Positions 37,704 to 50,015 of a stretch of DNA of 64,000 bases are shown here, one piece after another (position 1 is the first letter of the stretch; every line of letters starts with the position of its first letter). The notes beneath the pieces were generated by a model that made no database searches, had not been told where the DNA came from, and saw only the letters and a list, made by a program, of their open reading frames with translations. The translations under genes were made by a program, and so were the position numbers. Source of the stretch: Trichodelitschia bisporula (lineage: Eukaryota); NCBI GenBank assembly GCA_010356995.1, contig ML996703.1, forward strand, positions 310,001-374,000, given 5' to 3'.

Positions 37704-38753
37704 GATGGGGTTTGGGGGATGCTGATGGTGGTTGGACTCGGTGTTGGAGAAAAGACGACGCTGGAAAGGGTCCGGGATACCACTTGATGGCATACAGCGA
37801 GCACTGCCGGAGTCTTCCATCTCAACATCAACTTCAACCCATCGGCAGAGGACCAACACAGGAAGTCTTCAACGAGACTCGCCGAAGCCGAAGGACAGGA
37901 TCAGAGGATTGAAGCAAAGCGCGGAGTTCAATTCTGGGTGGGAAAATTGCTTGATCGGCGCTGGTAAGATGCCATTTCCTTGGTGCACGGAAGGAGCTGG
38001 AATGGACAGGACAGGCGCATGGGATTCGGAGATGGGGTTCGCCATTTGGTGCCCCGTGAGGAGCCAGTTACGAATGATAACGGCCGCAGGCGAGATTGTA
38101 GGATTAAGAGAGAAGCTGAGTTGAGCTGAGGCCTCGACTTGGTGATGCCAATGAGACATCTACACTGCCTATTTGCTTTCACCACCCACTCCACCACCAA
38201 GTCCAAATCCCCTGCTCGAGCTCCATTAACACACCAGCGTCCCGAACTACCGTTCTCCCTCCCCGATCCCCTCTCACCTACCCCTCCCCCTCACCCCACC
38301 CACGTGCAACCCCTCCCCCTCCCCCAACCCCTTCCAGAACCCCCTTCCCCGCATCTCGCTACCACATTCCACACCCCAGTTCCATCAAGTACCAAGCCCT
38401 AAACCCACCGGGTCGCTTCTGCGCTTGCCCTGATTGGCCAAAGGGCAATCTACGCTGTATACGGAGCGAATGCGATCCCGCGCGCTGCTTTGGGCGAGGA
38501 GTGGCGCGCGGTGGCGGAATCAGGGAGGGATCGAGGAGGGATCGAGGTAGGATCGATCGGGTGGGAGATTAGGGGTGGTTGCGGCGCGGTTTGGCTGTGG
38601 GGGGGCGAGGGGCGTGGAGGTGTGCTGCGGGTTTGCTGGGAGTGTACTGGCCGAAAGCTGGAGAATGAAGAGCGCGTCTTCCGGGTATCATTCGTATCTT
38701 CGTGCAACAGGCCTAGAGATCTTGCGTCCTCGCAGCCGTGAGCCTCGCTGGCA

Positions 38754-39554
38754 CTAAGCTCTCCGCCGCATACTCCCACCTCGAACAGGCTTATAGGGAA
38801 CAACCTCCGGAATCGTGACAGCCTCAATCCCGCCGTCAACCCCCAAGCGCAGCCTCTTGACATCTCCACCCTCAAACCTAACCTCCACCTCTCGCGCAGC
38901 TTCATCGCACCCCTCAACCCCCTCAACCCCAAACTCCCCCCCTCCCGTCCCCACCCACTCCCTCAACACCCCAACCATCTCCCCCCTCTTGACCAGTGAC
39001 ACACACTCCCTCCTAACCCCCCTCGCAAACCCCTCCAAGTCCCCTCCCCCCTTCCTCCTCAAGTACTTCTGCTCCAACCCCGCAAGCGGCACACTCTCCG
39101 GCAGCGTATGCCTCAGCACCCTGACCCCCTCTCCATCCTGCCCCACCAGAAACACAAACCACGGCACACTGAACCGTCCGCTTCCGGTATCAAACCCTTC
39201 GATCCGTATCCCTACCACTTCGCCCCCGTCCACGGCATTTGGGTCTGGGTCTTGCACCCTGAACAGTGTGAGTCCGGTGCAGGCGCGGTGGATGTTCGCT
39301 GTATTGGTCTCGGTCTGTGCGGTGATAGCGGTGAGGGCTTGGGACGCGCCTGGTAATTGTAGAGAGGCGGTGAGCTCGGTGTGCAGGGCGGGCCAGGACA
39401 GGAGGGTGGTACGGAGGAGGGAGCGGCGGAGGCGTAGGGTGGAGACTGCGGGGTTAGCTGGGTTGAGATTGCGGGGGGAGGGAGGCGTACTTTCTGCGCG
39501 CAGGGCGGTTAGTTCTGCGTCTAAACTCGAGGTATCTGATGGTATGGGATCCAT
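38754..39554 (-). CDS. CENP-O/Mcm21-like kinetochore component; intron 39490-39446
   Basis: N-terminal coil, NIHRACTGLTLFRVQDPDPNAVDGGEVVGIRIE, VLRHTLPESVPL..L. Confidence 0.78.
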   Translation of the reverse strand: MDPIPSDTSSLDAELTALRAESTPPSPRNLNPANPAVSTLRLRRSLLRTTLLSWPALHTELTASLQLPGASQALTAITAQTETNTANIHRACTGLTLFRVQDPDPNAVDGGEVVGIRIEGFDTGSGRFSVPWFVFLVGQDGEGVRVLRHTLPESVPLAGLEQKYLRRKGGGDLEGFARGVRRECVSLVKRGEMVGVLREWVGTGGGEFGVEGVEGCDEAAREVEVRFEGGDVKRLRLGVDGGIEAVTIPEVVPYKPVRGGSMRRRA

Positions 39555-39934
39555 TGTTGGGGTTTGGTGTGGTGTTGTGGAGCGATGACGTTGTGAGGCG
39601 CGTATTGTGCATTGACGCGTCGTGGTGTTGGACGCGTTGATGGGCTTCCGAGGATGACTAAGCAGTGCAAGGCCGATGTCACATGACATATACTTACCCG
39701 GCAAGCTATGAAACCGACCACTGGAAGCTTGGAGCGACATCACGAGGAAATAGTTTGGCAAAAAGAATACAATTGATGGCCATCTATCTATGATAAGCCT
39801 CGCTTGCACAAGACACGAAGATTAACAGCCCCCAACGACCCATAGCCAGTTTTTACCGTAGTTGTGTCTAGATCGCTCCGCCCCTAACGCTGAAGAAGCC
39901 CATCGAACCTAGAACACCTTCAAGCAGAGGACCT

Positions 39935-42271
39935 CTACTCGTAGTCCATCATCTCTTCATCATAAGGAGAACGAGCACCACGAGACGGCGTCCCCGGCGC
40001 CAGGAAACGACGAGGCGTAGGCGTAGCCATCCCCGGATCCGTGAAGGAGCGGCCAGCAGCGCGCCGCGGCGTCGTCGGACTACCACGCGGCCAGGCACTC
40101 ATGGCGCGGATCTGCTCAGCGCGCGCCGTTGAGCGCTGCGTCGGCGTAAGCGAGCCATAGACGTCCGGAGACTGCGCGTTGAAGCCCATGTGGCGCTGAG
40201 AGTGCGGCGTGTGCGGCTGGACGGGCACATCGTCATTCACACGGCGGTTGCGACGAGGCGTCGTGGGGACGTAGTGTTCCTGGCGGACCTCGTGCGGCGC
40301 CATGACGTAGGGGTTGGGCTGCTGCGGGCGGACGAAGGGGTTGCCTTGCTGAGCGCCGAGGTATGGGTTGCCCTCCTGCGCGTACTGGTTGCCGTAGCTA
40401 GTCCCAAAGGCACCCGGATAGGGGCTCTGGCTCTGCGGGAAGGCACTAGGGCCCGAAGCCTGCGGAATCGGAATGCCGGCTGGATTGGCGTAACCCTGCT
40501 CATGCGGAGCGTCGATGAAGCGATGCTCGTAGCCGGGACCAGCGAACGGATTCTGACCGTGCTGTGCGTACTGCGGGACGTCCGGCGGGCCGTAGGCCAT
40601 CTGGTGCTGATCCGGGACAACCAGGGGAGGCCCAAAGCGCCGACCATTCGGAGAGGACACTATCGCGTCGTAGTTGCGCGAAGGAAAGGGCGATCCAGGG
40701 TGATCCGGCCCGGCTTGACGGTTGTAAGAGGCAAGCTGCGGATGCATCACGGGTTGCTGCTTGCGAGGCGTCATCGGGTACCAAGTCCCTTCCAGCTGAG
40801 CATCGAAGCCGCTGGTCGCTTCCTGCGACCGGTAACCCCGAGAGACAAACTCCTTGATGTTCTCGCTGGCATACGGCTTCGCCCACCCGTGGGTTGCCTG
40901 TGAGTTGTTAGCCACTGCTAAAAGAGAGTTCAATAGTATGTTAGGCATACAAGAGCCTTGTCCGCCGAAGAAACCTCGCTGTACATCACCACAAACACCC
41001 GCGTGTAGTCGTTGAGGATGAGGAAGGGAGCAACAGAAATGATATGACCGAACGTCAAGAACTGTCCATGAACGAGCTCAAGTGTAGTGAAAGGCGGTGG
41101 AGCGACGATGACGTTGGCTACGAGAGAGTTTTCATTGTTGTCTACCTTTTTGGCCGGCACCGTTTTGGCGGGCGAGACGGCGGTAAGCGCAGCATGGCGA
41201 CGAGGAGTGCTACCGCCGGACTTCTTGGAGTTGAGACCAAACTGCTTGTAATACAGCTGGTACTTGCTCATCGACTTGGGAAAGTCCTGCAACGTGGTTA
41301 GCCAGGCATTAAGGGGTTCGAGCAAACATACTTGCAACGCCTGCTGGCACTCCCCATAGTACTTGAATTTGACCCAAACGCCCTCGGGCAGCTCATACGC
41401 CTCCTTTTCGAAGCCACCAGGAATGACGACATCGTCGAGCGAGTACTGCTTGAGCGCCTGAATAGCCTCCTCGGGCCTGACCGGCTTGCCGTCGATTCGG
41501 GTGAAGAAGATGGAGCGATGCGCCTTTACAAACTCGACGCGGATCTTGCGACCCCGGACCGTCAGGCCTGCGCCTTGGTTGAACGCCACCTTCGCATGCT
41601 CCTCCTCCTTGAACTGGACGAAGCAGTACGGCATCGCATGGCCGTTACGATGAACGCTAATGTAGCATTCACCAAACTTCTTGAAGGCCACGTAGACCTG
41701 GTCTTCCAGTTGCCTATCGGTGTGGTTGCAGGGAAGATTCCCCACAAACAAACAGGCACTCGGGACGTAGGTCGCTTGCGCCATCTTGCCCGTGAGCTTC
41801 GGGTCAGCCTTGTCTTGAGAGCTAAGCTCTGTGTCTGAAGATTTGATAGTCAGTAAGCGGATTCGAGGGTAGTATGAGTAGAGGGCTTGGGCATACCGCC
41901 GTCGATGCCTAGAACGGGATGCTGAACGCAATGAAAGATGTCGACATCCGAATCGCCCATCTCGACGTCGGGAGCGTGAGACGAAAAGCTGCCAGATGGC
42001 CCGGGTTTGCCAGACACTCCGAAAGCACCAAACGTTGCAGGAGATTTGTTCTGAAGACTAAACGGGATCGGCGCAATCTGACCATATGCTGTGCAATGTT
42101 TAGCGCCAGGCACGAATAACGGAAGATACGCAAGCGAATTCAAACGCCCAGTAAGCGGTTACCTTTGATAGACTTCGAAGAAGTCGCCGCCTCCAGGCCG
42201 GAGGGATTCAGCTTGGCCATGGCTTGGGTCAAGCCCTTGACGTCGGCAGCCTGGTTCGCTTTGTCCGCCAT
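39935..42271 (-). CDS. Multi-RRM RNA-binding protein, Rim4/Msa1-like, with low-complexity Q/P/G/Y/N C-terminus; about 5 coding exons
   Basis: PSACLFVGNL..MPYCFVQF..GRKIRVEFVKAHRSIF resembles the Rim4 first RRM; canonical introns join the ORFs. Confidence 0.75.
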
Positions 42272-43101
42272 GCTTCCGGCACAGCGAGCTGTGGTGTGGT
42301 TAGTGATCAGCTTCAGAATGGCATGCTATGTACTCACAAAAGTGGGCGAGCGGGAGTTGCGGGGCGCAGTGGCAACGCGCAGACCGGCAGAACGATTGAA
42401 CTGGGGGCGCGATTGGTGATCTCGTGGTGGAGAGTTCAATAGCGCAGATGATGTGGATGGGTGGTGGAAAAAGAGAAGTGGAGAAATTCAAAGGTATATA
42501 AACGGTGGGGTGAAGGTAAAGGCTTGGAAGGTCAGTGCCGAGTGAGCTTGCGGGGATTTTGCAATGATGAATGCGGAAGGAAAGGGGGTCCTGCAAAAGG
42601 TTCTTGAAAATATTGCCAAGGACTTCTCCAGCTCATCGTCGCTATGAAACGAAGTCATATGGGACGAATGCCGACTTGCTGAAAGATGTTGAGAATGGAT
42701 ACGCACCTGTTAAGACACGTTCTCCGGTCCCACGCTCATATCCTGTACCACTTTAGATTTCTTAACACAATGATGGGGGAAGGAGAAACTCACTAAATAT
42801 AAACAATATATCATAGCCAAAAGTATACTTCAGTGAAGCCTGCTTCACATCGCCCAAAACTGTTTGTCTCCGTGATGGGGATCGGTAACCGAACTTGCAG
42901 TTAAACAAGTTCCCGAGGACGTCGGAAACCCGAGTGGGGATTGAGGGGAGCGAATCTCCAAGAGGCTCTGGCTCGTTAGTGACCGTGATGGGGAGTAAGG
43001 GGGCTTTATTGCCAGTCATCATGTATGTCGCGTTCCTGAATATAGCTATTCAGAAAGAGATTTGGAGAAGTGGAGAGGATCGAGTGTGGAGTCTGAACCG
43101 A

Positions 43102-43633
43102 CTACTTAGATTTGAGCTCGCTTTTTGTACTGTGCTGTTCCTTTGTGGAGGGAGAGCCGCCGAAGAATCCAGCCAAGAAAAAAGTCCGCACGGCGAAGAG
43201 CACGGCCGTTATTCCGATATTTCCCCAGGTCACTGGGTTCCACGAGGCAAAGCCTAGCGACTTCTCCCAGCCAAGAGCATAAAGGGTCAAGCCGACGTGG
43301 CCGATATCTCCAAGCCATAACGCCCAGATATATGCGCGCACGACGCTGAGTTCTCGGGTAGTGTTCAAGACGAAGACCCCGACAAGCCCAAGCAGGAGAT
43401 AACAGTTTCCAAGCTGCCATGCTAGAAGCCGTGAAGTAGCGTCCGTTCCCAGAGGATACTTCTGATCAAGCTGCCCAGAGATGAAGTAGTCGGGTGTGAG
43501 CATGGGGGCGAGGAATCCCGCAACTCTGGGTAACAATCAGTGACCGATTTCTTGAGCATCTGGGAGCATACAGTGAAATTGGCTCGAGGACACAAAATAC
43601 TAAAAAGGGAATTGGTGCCAGAAGCGATGCCAT
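43102..43633 (-). CDS. Small multi-pass membrane protein of unknown function; 2 exons
   Basis: About four hydrophobic segments; LEPIS, QLGNCYLLL and GDIGHV motifs; canonical intron. Confidence 0.75.
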
Positions 43634-44174
43634 TTTATCCGCAAAGTGAGGAATTTCTCTTCGAGAAGTCGATGGTACAATTGGCACCTGGTTCGAGCTA
43701 GAAAGAGCACACCGGCTTTCGTTGTTATTTCAATATCTGTTCGACACAATGCAGCCTCAATAGCACTGTGACAGGTAGCACACTGCTTCAGAGCAAATCT
43801 AACTTGAATTGATCGTGAAAAGGTAGAGAGTCAGACTTGGGATATGTCAGAGTTAAGACGTGAAGTCCAACCCCCTGGTGATTGCCAAGAAACATGGGAC
43901 GGTCCCGACCCGCAACCCTGGCGGCTTGGGCGTCATGCCCCATTCGGCCGTTTGCGCACTGCGGGGAGGGAAAGCGTGATATCACAGGGCGGGGGTGAGG
44001 AGCGGGGGATGAGTAAGGGCCGTGGGCTGGCAGGGAACTATTTTCAACCACACCAAGTCCGCATCGTGACATTCTTTCTCTCTATCCACGCTACCTCGAG
44101 GCATCCGACACCTTAGCGTACATTGTGCACCCCGTCACAGTTACCGCAATCGCAAACCCCACTCCATTGCCAGC

Positions 44175-44790
44175 ATGAGCCCTCCTACACCCCAGAAAAC
44201 GGGCGCGGCGAAGGGAATCTTCTCCACGCCGCCCACGAACCCCCATCTCGCGCACATGGCCACGCTGCCCGACGCACGACAACAGAGCTACGAGGAGATC
44301 TACGGGCCGCCAGAGAACCTGCTGGAGATTGAGGTATGGCTTGATCTGCAGCGGGATGGCGCGGTCGAACAAACTAACCGCGCTAGGTGCGCGATCCTCG
44401 GACGCACGGCACCGGCCGCCACATGTACACGGACTACGAGATCTATGTCGTGACGAACATTCCTGCCTTCAAGCTCAAGCAATCGTCGGTGCGCCGCCGC
44501 TACTCGGATTTCGAGTATTTCCGCGACATGCTGGAGCGCGAGTCTGCTCGCGTGACCATTCCCCCGCTCCCCGGCAAGGTGTTTACAAACCGGTTCAGTG
44601 ACGATGTGATTGAGCATCGCCGTGAGGGATTGCAGCAGTTCTTGAGGATTGTGGCTTCGCATCCGCTGCTGCAGACGGGGAGCAAAGTCATGGCGGCCTT
44701 CGTGCAAGGTACGATCCCGCCTTGGAAACATCTGCTCAGTCAACTAACGAAGTTGGCATAGATCCGAACTGGGACAAGAACTCGTGGTAA
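44175..44790 (+). CDS. SNX3: Sorting nexin-3 (PX domain); 3 exons; start 44175 or 44256
   Basis: [49 protein letters not shown]. Confidence 0.96.
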
Positions 44791-46349
44791 GGAAGTTCAC
44801 TGGGCGATATGCGCATACGCAGCGTTCATTCTGCCCCGTCTTCACAATGCGGTACACATTCACGTCGTTCCGGGTTCATAACACATGCATGGCGCTGAGC
44901 TTGGATGAGGCTCAAGTACCTGCGCGGCAGTTCTTTGTTTATATTGCAGGTTCGATGGCAAGCGGGGTGTCTGGTTTCTGCGTCCTTTCTTGTTGGAGTC
45001 GTTGGAGAGCCGGAGTCGATGAGGAGTAAGTCATCCTTGTGCTCTGTAGCCTTGTTTGCTCAGTCAGTGAATTGAAGCGGTCCGAAGTTCAATACAACCT
45101 GTTGTCCACTCTCGAGTCTTCTAGCTTCTCTGTCTTAGGGGAATGGCAAAGTTAACGACTCATATGTCCATCCATTTACCCGAAAACACAACTCTACGCA
45201 TGCGATCATATCCTCTTCCAACCGTCACCAGATTCCACCTCCCCGGAGCAGAAATCATCACAACATAGGTATTGTGAAGTTGCAGAGGTAAATCTTGATC
45301 AAGTCGTTCTTATTCCTACTGATGAGATCTACTGCACCCGCATCTAGAGCCCACTTGTGGTTGGTTCTGGGTTTCGCCTCGGTGAGTAGGACGAGACTGA
45401 GCTGAACTCGAGCAACAAGTATGTCCACCCCGGCAAGCCATGTAAGCACCCTCCAACGGCTCCCAATAGTCGGCTGTCCAAGCACCGCAACACATGCGGC
45501 GCACCTCCTTCTGCCACTCCAGCAAAGCGACCGGCTCGCGGCTCGACCCGGTCCACCGGACGTGGCATACCTGCCGCTTCCCCGTGGTGTGAGTTTCGTT
45601 GATTATGTTGTCCTCAATGGTCTGGCTGTCATCAAGGAGCATGCCCGTGTGATAGTTGCGCGACGTGAGTGGGCGCGATTGGCGACACTCTAGAAGTAGG
45701 ATCCACTCATCAATTTACAAATCAGTCCATCATTCCATCTCATCAGCGCAGCAAGGAGGAAAGCAAGTGAGGGGAAGATGCCGGCCCGGGTTCTTCGTAC
45801 TGCTTGAGGAGGGAGAATGCGGACAGCTGGGACGTCGAAGCTTTCGATGCTCCCGGCATAACCGTCAGCTTCCATTGTAGCGTTTGGAGAGGTGTGGATG
45901 GAAACCCAATGCCCGTCCTGACGGCTCGCAACAAAAGCCGGGGCCAAATGGCTGTGCAATGCCTCTCCCCGGAAAATGGGCGGAGTGACTAGGAATGAGG
46001 CAGTGATTTGGGCTTTTTGTGGTGCCTGGGGTGGCTGTATGGTTGCAGTAGTGATTCCCAAGGCCTGGTGGGAGTATCAAGGTGGTGGACATGATCAGCG
46101 TAGAGATGGTGGAGACGTTCGCCGGCCCGAACATGGACCTCTCAAGGCCGCTTATGCCAGTGGCGCAGCTTTACACGTAGGGCGAAATTGCAAATGCGCG
46201 AAAGGGTGCGATGAGGGGAAGAGCCCGACCTTGACCGTCCATGAAAGCGTGCCCCATGGTGCACAAGTGCTTCCGGGGGTGTGATCCGGAGGGTATTGCG
46301 GCGAGCAGCAGGCAAGTCTTCATGACCACCGAGATCTGCGCATGACCAC

Positions 46350-46530
46350 CAAAATCTGAGCAAAACCACGACCAGATCCGCCAGAAGAAGAAGAAAATCC
46401 CCATATTCACGCCCAGTATCCCGTAGGAAGTTGACCACATGGCCGCGGTACCGATACTGCGCACCACGCACCTTTCGTACTTCGATATGGACGTGTATCC
46501 GCGCAATGAGCATCTCCTCAACCTGCCACC
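46350..46530 (-). mobile_element. Short relic resembling the N-terminal region of fungal Helitron Rep/PIF1-helicase ORFs (DUF6570-like)
   Basis: Peptide VEEMLIARIHVHIEVRKVRGAQYRYRGHVVNFLRDTG..L.LL..DL.VVLLR recognised from memory; no Rep or helicase core and no termini seen. Confidence 0.6.
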
Positions 46531-48536
46531 CGAACCCGACCTCAGGATGGCAGGAAAGAAAGGGAAAAAGAGAGGTCGAGGTCGTTTTCAAGAATCTGGC
46601 CGTCCGCCGTCAAGGCCCGGTCTGACTGCATCGGAGTGCCCACGAACGAGCTAGAAGGAGAAGGGAAGCGCACAGCTCCACTGCTTCGCCTTGGTGTTGC
46701 TGTGAGGCACCATGGAGACCATGGACGGCGCCGCGATACTGAGTGAGAGGGGCCGTACTCGATGCCCGGTGTCACACTGGCCATGAACTTGGAATCCAGA
46801 ATTCATCTCCCCGATTTTCTGCTCCAGGAAGTGTGAACCCTTGCGCGGTGAGTCAAGGAGAGGTTGGTTGCTCGGTCTCAGTGGTGGAGGTGCCACCAGA
46901 GTAGCTGCTCCAGCGTAGCCCAACTCGAGATACCTAACGTGGAGAGCCGCGGGGAGGGCGAGGTACCGCGGTTGAGCTCCTGATTCTTCTTGCGCTCCTC
47001 AGCGGACTGGCCGCTGTGCTCGTGCGCAGTGACTGCCGGGGGCGTGAATGGCTTCGGGAGTACTCCAGCCGGGAACTTGACCGCGAGCACACGATTAGCG
47101 TCGGCAGTTCAAGGGTCGGGCATGCAGACGCACGCCTTGAACTTCTCGCCTCACCGTCGTGACGACCACATAACTCGTAGGCGAGGACACTGAATCTGAG
47201 GTCAATCATTGCTCGATAGACATACTAGATGCCTTACCTGTGAGGGCTGGCTGGTGTACAGCGGAGGCCTGGGGGTACTGACTGCCAGTCATGGCAGAGT
47301 GAGCAGTCCACCGCTGCTGAGACGCGTCTTGCACTGTACGGGATGTCAATCGGGACAGAAGACGCTGCGAGGAAGCCGAGCTGGTCAGGGTGCTCGTTGC
47401 TGTATAGTTCCGTACGTCAGTCACAGAGGGAAGCAAATCAGAGGCTTCCTTCTTGCGACGAATTGGAAGCTCCAAGATTGGAACAGGTGGCTCAGCTCCT
47501 TGCAGAAAACCTTGTTGCGGTGTGGTTCCATATGTCATGCCGTCGTCACAAGGAGAAGTGGACGCTGAGTGCGGAGTGCGACAGACACACCAGCAATGAG
47601 AAGGAGTGTCATCTGGAGCGCAAATGACGCCCGGGAGCAGGTGTATTACCCCCTCCTTCTCCAGGGTGTTCAACGCCCACCCTCTTTAAGAGCTTGTCCG
47701 GTTAGCCCAAGAATCAGAATTAAAATTTGACGAACCGTTCGTGTCTGTCAGGACCGCAGCATCCCATCGTGAAGTCATACTCGATGCCCGGCATCACACT
47801 AGCCATAAACTTGAGGAAGAAAACCAGGTACTGATCTATCCGGATGGCAACCTTGCTCTTCATCCCCCTTCCAGGGCTCCTGCAGGCTTGGACTGGGACA
47901 CCGGTTATTGTCTCCGTAACGCTGGGGCTTCAGGTATGCCCGTGGTGTCTTCAGGAGCTTGTTGAGTGTTGGCCATCGAACCAGAGTTGAAGCAGTAGAC
48001 ATACCCTCTTGTGCGGCAGGCTTCGTGGTCTTCTTTGTGCTCTTGCCTGTGACCCTTTTCACGACAGCCTTGACGGTGGACGGTGGTAGAATATAGGCTG
48101 GAGTTATTCCTCGGTGGATGCCAAACCGCGGAACGCTTGTGAGCTGGATACGCATATTAGAGATCTGGACAAGGAGGAAGTGACAGCCGGAGGAGTGTGG
48201 ATTAGCTGGCGAAGTGGTTCTTGCGTGTGGACATATAGTGCCCGTAGGCGGTGGAGGATGATTGAGAACTTCTTGAAGAGAGGAGATGCGACGCTGAGCC
48301 GTGTCTAGAAAGGTAGTAAGTAGATAAGGCTGCGCATCATGACCAGCCCTTCCGCCAGTGCGGGTGAAAAGGGGATGAGGACCATAACAATACCATTAAC
48401 GAACGAAAACGGGGTATATATACATCACCACAGCCCCCGTCCGCCACCACCCGTCTGTCCAACCCACAAACACACAAACCATCCACAAACTCCCCCAAAC
48501 CACCCATCAGCAATCCCATCCAAACCGCCCTAGCAA

Positions 48537-48887
48537 TCACTCCCCGCCTGTCCCCGTAACCCACGCCGGCCTCACCTCCACCCCATCCTCCCCCATAACC
48601 TTCCCACGATCCCACTCCCTCCCCTCCCCCTCCCGCACCCACCTCACATCCTCTTCCCCCCTCTCCCCGCCCCTCTCCGACCGCCTCACTTCCTCCTCCG
48701 TGAACCCCGCCTCCCTTAACCGTCGCGCCCGCAACTGCCGCCACTTCATCCGGTCACGCATCGCCTCCACCACTGCCTCACAGTCATCCGTGGCATCCGG
48801 CTCCACGTCTAGGCCTGGGTCGTAATCGGCGCCGAAGCGTGCGTCCATGGCGGAGGGGCCGTGGGTGCCGCGGCCGCGAGGTTTAGG

Positions 48888-48935
<48 letters not shown>

Positions 48936-49801
48936 GCGGGAGCGGCGTTTTGTTCTGCTGGATTTGGATGGGGAGTGAGAGTCGTGCTTGCTCCGCCGGT
49001 CTGTGTCCTTGTCCTTGTGCCTGCGTCGATCTTTTTCCTTGTACTTGTGCCGCTCCCCACGCTCGCGGCCCCGGCTGCGGCTGCGGCTGCGGCTGCGGCT
49101 GCGGCTGCGTGACGAGTGGCGGTGCCGACGTTTCCGGGAGCTGCGCTCATGGCTGCGGGGGCGGGATCTAGACCGCGACGTCGACCGGTGGTGGGGGCGG
49201 TGCCTATGCGAGCGGTGATGCCGATGGCGCTCGTCCCTGTCGCGACAGTCCTTGTCCCGCGCCAGACCAGACTCCCGGTCTTTGTCCCGCGTTCGATCCG
49301 ACCCCGCGTCCTTGTCTCGCGTCCGAGTCGACTCCCGGTCCGTATCCGGCGTCCGACCCAAGGCCCGGTCGCTCTCCCTCCGAGCCGACTCGCGGTGTTT
49401 ATTTCGCGACCGACCCGTGTCGCGCTGATTCCCCATCTCGCGCTCTAGACGGCCAGCCCACCCCGCATTCCGGTCGCCGTCCGTTCTCCGTCTCTTCGCC
49501 GGGCGGCCGTCATCGGCCTCTGCTTCCCTTCCACCCAGCCCCCTCAACCTAGCCCTAGCCTCCTCCTCCCTCTCCAGCAACGCCTTATTATGCCCCGTCG
49601 TCTCCCTCAAAATATTCCTCAGAAAACGTGTATTCGGCTTTGGGGCAAGTGGGTTCGGCCTGCATCATCCATCAGCACTGTCCATCCAAACAAGAAAAGT
49701 ACAAACCTGCTCGCAACGAGCCCATCGCTGCGTCCAGCTATGGCCTTTGCGTCGGAAGCAAGGAGCTGCGCGACGTAGCTGTCGTTTAGGTCGTCGTCCA
49801 T
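48537..49801 (-). CDS. Conserved fungal RS/RD-rich protein (possible splicing-associated); 2 exons
   Basis: MDDDLNDSYVAQLL start, PKPNTRFLRNILRETTGHN, RS repeats, MDARF..YDP and REWDRGK tail. Confidence 0.75.
48889..48934. repeat. G46 homopolymer (poly-Pro on the coding strand)
   Basis: 46 consecutive G counted in the sequence. Confidence 0.95.
49072..49108. repeat. (CGGCTG)6 microsatellite encoding RS dipeptides on the minus strand
   Basis: Read directly. Confidence 0.9.
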
Positions 49802-50015
49802 GGCGGGAAGCTGCAGTGTTGTATGGATGTAGAGTGGTTGTGATGGTGGCCAACGTCGAGGTGTGGCGCTTCCCGGCAGGGGTCAGGCCCAGTCCAGCCC
49901 TGCGGCGCACGGACTGTTTACAACCCCCGTCCCCCGGGCGGTGGGGAACGTAAACACCACGAGCCCAAGCATCACCACCACCAAATCATCGCAACCCACA
50001 CAACACACACTCACC

